From Octopus sinensis (taxonomy: Eukaryota): 64,000 bases of DNA. Positions 54,880-64,000 of the stretch are shown piece after piece (the first letter of the stretch is position 1; every line of letters begins with the position of its first letter). A program made the translations under genes and the position numbers. Under the pieces are notes generated by a model. It saw nothing but the letters and a program-made list of their open reading frames with translations, did no database searches and was not told the origin of the DNA. The DNA is taken from positions 7,006,001-7,070,000 of the forward strand of contig NC_043007.1 in assembly GCF_006345805.1 (NCBI RefSeq), read 5' to 3'.

Positions 54880-56134
54880 GGTCCATGATTAGTAATATTC
54901 CGATTAGACCATCCATTTTCTTTATCAGATATTATTTTCTTTATCAAGAAAATATTATTCATTATAGCCTTTCTTTTGGAAGACATAATCATGTGTAATT
55001 TAAAAGAGATTCCACGAGGAATATTAGGCAGCAAACTGGTGGAATCGTTAAAACGTCGAATGTAATGCCACATAATATTTGTTCCGACTATTCGCGATGG
55101 GTTCAAATCTTACGGTGATCAAACTATGGTTTTGATAATTTCTAGATCGATAAAAATGTAGCAAACCAAACACGGTGATAGAATGTCAGAATCTAATTAA
55201 TTACCTTGCTTTACAGGATCTAATTCTTTGCTCTCGGGATTCAAGTCACAAAAAGCTCAATCCTTGCCTTCTGTCCTTTCGGATATTCATAATATTGCAA
55301 TTTTTGTAATTGTAAAAATTTCTTTCTAGTTGTATTAAATGCCTTACGGTATTTGATCCCTATTTTTTATGCTCGTGGTTCGAATCCTGCCGTAACCTGT
55401 TCATTGCTTCATTAAAAACAACCGGCTGTTAACTTGCGCAAACTGAACGAAGTTCACACTTTTGCAAGCACTATCTTTAGGGCTAGTATTTCAGAATCCC
55501 TTCTCCAGTCACTTTCACCCGTCTCTGGGGTGCAGGTGAGTAAAGAATCATAAGCTCTGCCTTCCCTTTTGAGCAGAAGATAGAAACTATCTTCAGCAGA
55601 TTGTCAAAAGTGGATTGACCCCACCAGCATCTCAGTTATTAACAGCCATTGAAATGCCGTATAAAATCAATGATAAAGTCAGAAACAACAGAGGCTTGGC
55701 ATTAGTACAAGAATGGCGAAATAATTACCTTTCACTAATTACTCTCGATGCTGTACACTTTCCGTTCATATTTCACGAATGTCAATCAGGACTTTTTACA
55801 TTAGAGTCTACTTTGAAAGTTATTAAAATGACTTTAAATGGAAGAATGCCTTCCCTTACGAAATTTTGCCGTAAGCGTAGTGGAAAGGAAATCAGTGCGA
55901 TATTTACATCATTCATTGAATGCTATTGCACTTAAATTCCATTTCAGAGATAATAGAACACTTTTGATGAATCGCAGACATATATATATATATATATATA
56001 TACTGACATATATATATTGATATATGTATGAGTGTAATAATATAGTTATATGCAGAATTATATATACATATAAAATATCGATTTGTTTCATAGAGATAAG
56101 ATTTAAATTTATGTGAGACAAACAGTTAAATATA

Positions 56135-56496
56135 TGGACAACGGGGTTAATTGATATTTTGTTATATCGAGCATCAAATTTGAAAATGATGTCATTTGAA
56201 CTCAGAACGTAAAGGACTTTAACTAAGCATCGATGTTGTAATGGTTCTGCTAATTTACCGACCTGCACCAATAGATATATTCTCTTTCTAATTTTCACAC
56301 GAAGCCAGCTATTTTAAGGAGACTGCATGTGGATTACATCGTCTCCAGTGCCCAACAAGTGATTATTTTATCGAGCCCGAAAGGATGAAAGGCAAAGTCG
56401 ATCTGGGTGGCCTTTGATCATAGAATATAAAAGAAACACTGGAAGAAATGACGCAAAACATTTTGTCGGGAGCGGAAATGGTTCTGCCAGCTCGTC
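56135..56496 (-). mobile_element. Two adjacent diverged SINE copies (~56135-56265 partial, and ~56312-56496)
   Basis: TTTGAACTCAGAACGTAAAG..GGTTCTGC and TTTTATCGA.CCCGAAAGGATGAAAGGCAAAGTCGA..TTCTGCCAGCTCG. Confidence 0.75.
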
Positions 56497-56536
56497 AATA
56501 TCCGAAATATGTTTAATATTGATGTGATATATTGTG

Positions 56537-56830
56537 AAGGTACATGGCTCAGTGATCAGGGCGTCAGGCTCTAGCGAGGAGTTCGATTCCAGTACTGGGG
56601 TGTATATTGTGTGATCTTGAGCAAGACACGTTATTTCACGTTGCTTCTGTTCACTCAGCTGTAGAGATAAGTTGCGACATCACTGGTGTCAAACCGTATT
56701 GGCATTTCCCTTGGAGAAGGGAGGCTGGTATGCATGGGCGACTGATCGTCTTCCATAAACAACTTTGCCCGGATTTGTGCCTCGCAAGGTAACACTCTAG
56801 GTGCAATCCCATGGTCATTCATTACCGATG
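56537..56830 (+). mobile_element. Third tRNA-derived SINE family
   Basis: A-box-like TGGCTCAGTG, B-box-like GAGTTCGATTCC, and a central TGTG.TCTTGAGCAAGACAC domain. Confidence 0.75.
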
Positions 56831-56877
56831 TGGTGGTGGACGTGGTCTTTATCCTTTATTTATATAATACAGTAATC

Positions 56878-57082
56878 GTGATTTCAAATTTTTGGCACAA
56901 GGCCAGCAATTTCAGGAAACGGGATAAGCCGATTATATCCGCAACAGTCCTCGACTGGTATTATTTTACCTACCCCGAAAGCCTGACGGTCGACCTCGGC
57001 GGAATTTAAAGTTAAGGACGGACGAAAGGCCATTGACCCTTTTTTCCGACGAGTTAACGATTCTGCTAGCACGCCACCTTAT
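56878..57082 (-). mobile_element. Octopus SINE (~215 bp family)
   Basis: TTGGCACAAGGCCAGCAATTT...GTCGACCTCGGCGGAATTT...AACGATTCTGCTAGC.CGCCACCTT. Confidence 0.85.
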
Positions 57083-57869
57083 GAAGCATGAATATTAATA
57101 TGCATAGAAGGAAATCTCAGTTGGAAACGGTATTTCTGGTATATTTCTATCTCGGTAAAAGAAAAGAACGGACACAAATTATTTCATGGGTCTAAAAGAG
57201 AATAGCAACGTGCTTAATCATTGAAAATTATGAGGAATTATATCCTAAATTGTTGAGTAATTTACACAAAAGTGGAGTTTTAAGTAATCAACAATATGAG
57301 TGGGCGTGGAGTACATTATTTAGTATATAATTTATACGGCCTATTAGTAGAATAGACTTCGCAGTCAGAGCAAAAACAGATTTCCTTACTCAGTTTCTGA
57401 CACTGTTCTATCTTTGGCTATTATATATATATATACATACATACTACCACCTAAACCCGGTTTCACTCGGTCGGTTTGGATGATGTGGCTGTAAAACCTG
57501 CTCTGTGTAAGTATTCGGCATTTTTGGGCATGCTTACGTTAAAAAAAACAATTTTAGAATAACTTTTCTCTATCAAAACACTAAGAATAACTGACCAGCA
57601 AAAAGGACCAACCAAGATTCAACCAAATCAAAAATTAAGCCCAAATACTTAACGAACAAAGAGGAACCAGCCCACTTCGTTTGCGCTCACACACACACAC
57701 GCATATTCACATACCCTCCTTTTACATACACACATATATTCACACAGAGTTCAAACATTCACCCTTTCCTTCCTTATCCATCTATCACCCCTTCCTTTCT
57801 CATTCATAAACACTAGAGTATCATTAGAGTAGTTTATCTCTGTAACCATGGGAGCTATGAAAAAATACA

Positions 57870-58320
57870 AAGCCCAGCATCACCACAGGATCATTCTACA
57901 CATCTGTGTAATATTTCTCTCAGCCGTTGACAGCCGTCAATCTCAAGACAAGAAAGAGTCGCCCATGTCAAATTTATATATATATATATATGTACTTGTA
58001 AAGTTAGCTATTATCATCCACCTAATAATTGTATATAAGACTTCCAGCCATTATTATAAATCTAATGAATAGATTTTGATTTCTGTTAGTAACCAGAATC
58101 ATTTCAGTATAACTGAATACCAAGTAATTTGGATCCAGAACCTCCACCTTTTCAAAGACGTGTTTAGTTGTCTTTTCTGTTATAAAGACCCAAATCGAGA
58201 GTGGGTTAAACGCCTTTAGGTTCTCCCAAACTTTTCGATCACGCTGCCATTCTTCTGCTTCTTTCATCAACAACTTGAGAATTCTTTCCCTTAAAAACCG
58301 CATTTTCCTTCAACTTAGTC
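57870..58320 (-). mobile_element. Possible L1/Tx1-like LINE ORF2 C-terminal remnant
   Basis: CGF*GKE, KVWE..., LDPNYLVF...LFIRFIIMA..LIY resembles the region after the zinc knuckle. Confidence 0.3.
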
Positions 58321-58641
58321 TGTTACGCTACGCTTGCACGCTTCTTATATTGTAAATTGAAGTTTGCTGCTCTGCCGGATAAAACATTCATAGCCTATCC
58401 CTCTATTTACATTTCTATATTCCTCAACCTACATGTTCTATACATGCATATTTTATTCAACGCCTTCCATCCATATCTACGTGCATAAATAATTTTAAAC
58501 TAAGAATTGTTAAATAGCGTTCTTACGTCGCATTTAAATGCAGCTCTGTAGACCGAAAATACAATATATGTGGAAAGATTTCACCTTCCAATAAATATTT
58601 GAACGAACTTCACTAGACGTTATCATTTTTCCCTTCACGGT

Positions 58642-58709
<68 letters not shown>

Positions 58710-59817
58710 ATGTGTATGTATATATTTGTGAGTGTATACATATGTATAAAACGTACGCAATATTCATACATACACATATGTATGTGTATATTTGTCAGTG
58801 TCTGTTTACGCCAATGTTGTTTACAAAGTTTGATATATTAAAACTTCCTACAGTTATTTAATAACTTTATTCAGAATATAATTTCCGTTATATAAATTCT
58901 GTTACGAAACATTGTTAACCGTTCTTAGGAAGTATATTATGCGATCAACAACAACAACACAAAACTAGTGTTTAAGACAGAAGCGTTTCAATTGTATTCA
59001 AATCTTCTCATAAACGAGAAATTATTATTGCTATAGAGAATAATTGCTTATTTTCTTCGCCTTACATTTCCACCATCTTGGATTATTACCAATTCACTTA
59101 TTGGAATTATGATACATAAGCGATATCTTTTTATAGTAATTTGATTGTGTTACTATTTGAAGCAGTGTTTTCCATTAGACAGATACACTTTGAAGGTCAA
59201 TGAGAAAATCACACACCATCACAAGGCGATGATTAGGCATGCGTGTCCTTGACAATGATGGAATGATAGGGAAAGCAAATTAAAGTCGCAGTGAGCTACC
59301 ATCCTGCGTAATAACGCCTTCTTAGATTGGTAGACTGTTATATGGTCAGGCATGTCTATTCGAATATTATAATTGACCTTTGTAGGTCAATTCAATCTCT
59401 TATAAATATAAGATGTAAGTACAATATTTATTGATATTTAGTGAATCTCTATCGTTTCCGCTACTCCGCCATTTTCCTGCCATGACACCTGTACGCTTGA
59501 CCTGTTCGACATATGAAAATTGAGATGCATTTAAGCGTGATTGGAACATTAAATCTGGAAGGACGAATACCATTGATCTTAGTGTGCTATGTGATTATGT
59601 CTTCTTCCACCCCCATCCACCCCCATCAATTCTCTTACATCTACGCTCGATCTGAAATACATAATAGTCTAATTGTCCTGCATCTTTTAATTTCTTAAAA
59701 GCTGAGAAATACTTAGTAGACAATGTGGGTTTGGATCACAGAGTGTTTCAATAAGAATAAGAATAAAAATAATATAACAACAACAAACCGCAAACAGTGG
59801 AGGAGTCGGAGACTTGA

Positions 59818-60120
59818 AAAATTCTCTGGGGTTTCCCAATCCAAACAGATCAGGTGCTAGAGCATAAGAGACCGGACCTAGTGGTGGAGGACACGATGCA
59901 GCACATGTGGTATATAGCTACAGTTGCGTGTCCTTTTGACCCTCGAACAGTCAAAAAGGAAGGCGAAAAAGTATATAAATACAACCCCCTTAAGTGTGGA
60001 ATAGCCCGGCTATGAAAAATGAAGAAGGTGAAGATAGTGCCAATTATTGTTGGGTTCTTGGGAACAGTATCTGAAGACATCAAGAGGAATATAAAAGAAA
60101 TGGGTATAGAGTGCCCAGAG
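59818..60120 (+). mobile_element. RLE endonuclease fragment of an R4/Dong/HERO-like LINE
   Basis: KILWGFPIQTDQVLEHKRPDLVV..VACPFD, a frameshift, then KEGEKVYKYNPLK.GIARL*KMKKVKIVPIIVGFLGTV. Confidence 0.9.
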
Positions 60121-60156
60121 ATAGATAGACAGATAGATAGATGGATATTTCCTGGC

Positions 60157-60308
60157 GCAGGCGTGGCTGTGTGGTAAAGTGACGGCTTCCCAAGAACATG
60201 ATTCCACGTTCAGTCCAACTGCCTTTGTGGCACCTGTGCGAGCTTACGGTCGATCAATGTCTTATCAGTGGATTTAGAGGATGGAAACTGAAAAAAGCCC
60301 TTATATAT
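60157..60308 (+). mobile_element. 5' half of the long SINE family
   Basis: GGCGCAGGCGTGGCTGTGTGGTAA...GTGGATTT...GGAAACTGAAAAAAGCCC. Confidence 0.85.
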
Positions 60309-60719
60309 ATTTGGACTTGCATATCTTAACCACTTCCCGACCATTCCGTACCTCTCCTCATTCACATACTAGCTCTCCACCCAGATTACCACTGGATATT
60401 CTTTCTCTTCTGGTCTCTACCTTCAAGGATCTCGCTCGCTATTTTTGTCCATGTAAATCGCTCTAATCTACCATGACTTTTCAACTTTCTGAAGTGTTAA
60501 ATGCCGTACGTTAACAACTTCCCTATTCTCTCTTCTTTTTATCTTTCATCTATTTTTCTCGACCTTTTTTCTTCTTTATTTCTACACAGTTTTTCCCTCT
60601 ACATTATTTTCATTTTTTTCCTTATTCCTTTCTGGGCCCCAAGCGTAAAAGACTTCCATTTTCCTCAGCGTTTAATACAACTACTTGTTGTTCCTACACC
60701 TGTCTTCGTCTGTTGTTTT

Positions 60720-61393
60720 TCTATAAATTTGAACAATATCCGAGCTGATGCCATAGTAACGAAGCTAAAGCACAGAGTGGAGGCGCTTCGTGCACTTGAA
60801 CTTCAACTCTGCTGTAGATGCACACTAAGTTTTAACGTTCTAGCTCACTTCCGCTGTTTACAGCAGCGGTTGGAAGGAAGGTGTGTAGCGTGTGATCGTC
60901 GCATTAACAGAGAAAGTTGAGCAGAGAATCTGCATCGAATTTTGCCAGAAGCTTGGAAATGCCTGCTCAGAGGCCTACTCAAAGTTTTCAAGAAGTTCTC
61001 GACACAATCAAAGAGATCTTGTGCAACTGAAAACCGGAGGTATTTTTAGTCAGCTGAAAGCAATTTTGGCACAAACTTGGAAGACACGCGTGTCCTACAC
61101 AAATCTTCAGTGATAATGGACTGAACTGAACCGTAACTGAACTACACATCCTCTGATAACTCATGGATGGTGATTCGACGATTTCCCCTCACAGATGCAA
61201 GCACATCTACGATGTTTTTCTCAGTTCTGCTGGTTGCGGGTCTCCATTTTTGGGGGCATCTTGGAAACGTCTGAACCGCTCGTACACTTGCGTGTCCTCT
61301 CCATGTACTTTCTACAACTTTGCGTAGGCCTCTGAGCAGGTATCGCCATGACAACTTTCAATAGTCCGGATACTATTGATCAGAGCACGTATA
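60720..61393. mobile_element. Rearranged mariner: + strand 5' piece (~60720-60985) fused to an inverted piece (~60985-61393)
   Basis: Plus strand EQRICIEFCQKLG.ACSEAY. Minus strand TQVYERFRRFQD, RPATSRTEKNI..VRGNRRITIHELSEDV, RVSSKFVPKLL. A TIR-like GTCCGGATACTATTGATCAGAGCACG|TA lies at ~61365-61393. Confidence 0.8.
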
Positions 61394-61575
61394 TATGTGT
61401 ATGTGCGTGTGAGCGCGCGCGCATATATATTTGTACTTGTGTGTGTATATGAGTGTGTATAAATATATGTGTGTGTGAGTGTGGGTATATATATATTTAT
61501 ATATATGTGTACATTATGTGTATGTATAAATATATATATATAGGTATGTATATATATATATATATGTATATATAT

Positions 61576-61790
61576 GTTCCTCCAAGGGCGGAGGAACTCT
61601 TGAGAGTCAACGGCCACCCAATAAATGTCTTAAGGCTGTATCATGCGCGGGCGCATAGAAATAGCCGGACTGAATACCCGATCGCGCAGTTAAACCATTG
61701 GGAGTGAAGGACTCCTAGCTTTTGTTAGGGCATCCTTCTAGGAGAAGGTAACTGGGATAACTCCGACGTAAAACCTGCGGCTCAGTGGTT
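61576..61790 (+). mobile_element. Probable RTE-clade LINE 5' UTR fragment
   Basis: GGGCATCCTTCTAGGAGAAGGTAACT...AAAACC resembles RTE 5' UTR motifs. It starts with an 8-bp hairpin after (TA)n. Confidence 0.45.
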
Positions 61791-61976
61791 ACCGATGATG
61801 TTGACTTGTTCTTCTTTTCGTATTATGGCTGCTGTTGCTTAGTGAGTGGGATTGACTCAGTGCACAGCCTTTCCTCACTTTCGAAGAAAATCTTCTTGCA
61901 CACGCATTGCACGATAACAACATTGATTAAGCTTCGTGCAATGGCCATACTCGATAAAGAGGGGGCAGCCACCATG

Positions 61977-62008
<32 letters not shown>

Positions 62009-62009
62009 T

Positions 62010-64000
62010 ATTTGAGACAAAACCACTATTTTGCAAAACAAACAAGGAAAGACTTAATCAATACATAAAATTTAATAAATAGTCAAAAAAACCGCCACTA
62101 CAATCGTTTCTTGTCTTGATCGACAATCTTCAGGTGGACTTCCAATCTAAAAAAATCAAAATTTTAAAATATAAAAATAATACTTTTAAATAATTAAAGT
62201 AAAATGAAAAAATATAAGTATATAATCCATATATAACCTATATATAATCCATATCGAAAATATAGACTAATTACCACGAATTCCCTAAAAAAACCATGAT
62301 AAAACAAAACTCTTAAAAACATATAACGATAAAATCTCCCTTTGCTAAACTCTATAACAAACCTATAAAGTAAGCCCCTAACCTAAACATCACACACAAA
62401 TACACACACGTAACCACAGACTCACGACTTATACCATACCTATACTAACTTATAAACCTCAATATACACCAAAACCCACTCCCTCCCCACCAGACAAATT
62501 AACACATACATCCCAAAACCTAAATAACAAACCCATATACACATTCACACACAAAAAACACACACTCACACGCAAAACACTCACACACAAAAGATCACAT
62601 ATACTCCCTCACATATACGCCTATACATACTCACTAAAACTCGACATATACAACAATACTTACACACCCACAAAAAACATTATATACATTTTGAGCTTAA
62701 CTCACCTTAGCATCTCTAACAAACAACTTGCAGTAACCCAATCCCATTCTCTATGCCTACCTCACTACTACACTATTCCATTCACATTCAAGCAACGCTA
62801 GTCCACCACCCGGTTATTCACGTGGCAAAACGAACACCACTCAAAAATTATGAATGAAACAATGTAAAAAAATAACCAAACCTAAAATAGACAAAATACC
62901 ACGAATTACCTAAAAAAACCATGATAAAACAAAACTCATAAAAGCATATAACGATAAAATCCCTTTGCTAAACCCTATAACAAACTTATATAGCAACCCC
63001 CTAACCTAAACATTCACACAAAAAACCCACACGTAACCACAGACCCAAGACTTATACACAAACCTATACTAACTTATAAACCTCAATATACACCAAAAAC
63101 CACTCCCTCCCCACACAGACAAATTAACACATACATCCCAAATCCTAAATAACAAACCCAAATACACATTCACACACAAACCACACACACGCAAAACACA
63201 CACACACACAGATACATATGCTCCCTCACATATACGCATATACATACTCACTAAAACTCGATATATACAACAATATTTACACCCACACTCATACAGATAA
63301 ATAAATTAATTACAATTAAAAACTCACAACCAATCTCATATACATAAACACTCTTATGAAAACAACAATAAATACATCGTAATTAACCAGAATATCAAAA
63401 ATAACATTATGACATAAGGATAATCAAATACATACTTACAATTCGTATGTGTTAATTTGTCTGTGGGGGAGGGAGTGGTTTTTGTGTATATTGAGGTTTA
63501 TAAGTTAGTATAGGTTTGTGTATAAGTCTTGGGTCTGTGGTTACGTGTGGGTTTTTTGTGTGTGTGAATGTTTAGGTTAGGGGGATTGCTATATAAGTTT
63601 GTTATAGGGTTTAGCAAAGGGAGATTTTATCGTTATATGCTTTTATGAGTTTTGGTTTATCATGGTTTTTTTAGGTAATTCGTGGTATTTTGTCTATTTT
63701 AGGTTTGGTTATTTTTTACATTGTTTCTTCATAATTTTTGAGTGGTGTTCGTTTTGCCACGTGAATAACCGGGTGGTGGACTAGCGTTGCTTGGAATGTG
63801 AATGGAATAGTGTATAGTGAGGTAGGCATAGAGAATGGGATTGGGTTACTGCAAGTTGTTTGTTAGAGATGCTAAGGTGAGTTAAAGCTCATAAATGTAT
63901 ATAATGTTTTTTGTGGGTGTGTAAGTATTGTTGTATATGTCGAGTTTAGTGAGTATGTATAGGCGTATATGTGAGGGAGTATATGTATCTTTTGTGTGTG
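62010..64000. mobile_element. PLE-derived composite: minus-strand element with an internal 625-bp-period duplication and terminal hammerhead, plus an inverted copy from 63445 to the window end
   Basis: 62260-62670 is homologous to 62885-63285. 63445-64000 is the reverse complement of 62582-63134. The element ends in (TA)n at ~62000. Confidence 0.75.
62095..62137 (-). ncRNA. Intact minimal type-I hammerhead
   Basis: CCAC-CTGAAGA-TTGTC-GATCAA-GACAA-GAAAC-GATT-GTA-GTGG. It has a canonical core, a 4-bp helix I and a 5-bp helix II. Confidence 0.85.

Noticed and set aside
62200-64000. Mitochondrial insertion or telomeric repeat
   Set aside because: No mitochondrial gene or tRNA and no TTAGGG array. 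The skew is better explained by the hammerhead-bearing repeat.

Overview
AT-rich, microsatellite-dense animal DNA, almost certainly octopus: it carries many copies of the two abundant Octopus tRNA-derived SINE families. I found no intact protein-coding gene. Nearly all listed ORFs are microsatellite artefacts or decayed transposon fragments. The window contains ~15 SINE copies or fragments, Tc1, maT and mariner remnants, two MITEs, three restriction-like-endonuclease (RLE) LINE fragments, other LINE debris, and an orphan 18S rRNA 3' end plus ITS1 fragment. The main signal is about ten type-I hammerhead ribozyme (HHR) motifs, from intact to decayed and of several distinct sequence types, mostly in Penelope-like (PLE) or putatively PLE-derived segments. 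Nearly all have a palindromic or near-palindromic helix III, implying dimer-dependent cleavage. Most of the elements end at (TA)n tracts, and four PLE-type segments occur as divergent inverted pairs. The best single candidate is at 34790-34839 (minus strand): a fully paired minimal hammerhead whose core reads GUGAACA rather than CUGANGA, a compensatory swap of the C3-G8 tertiary pair. All calls were made by eye, with no database search or folding software.
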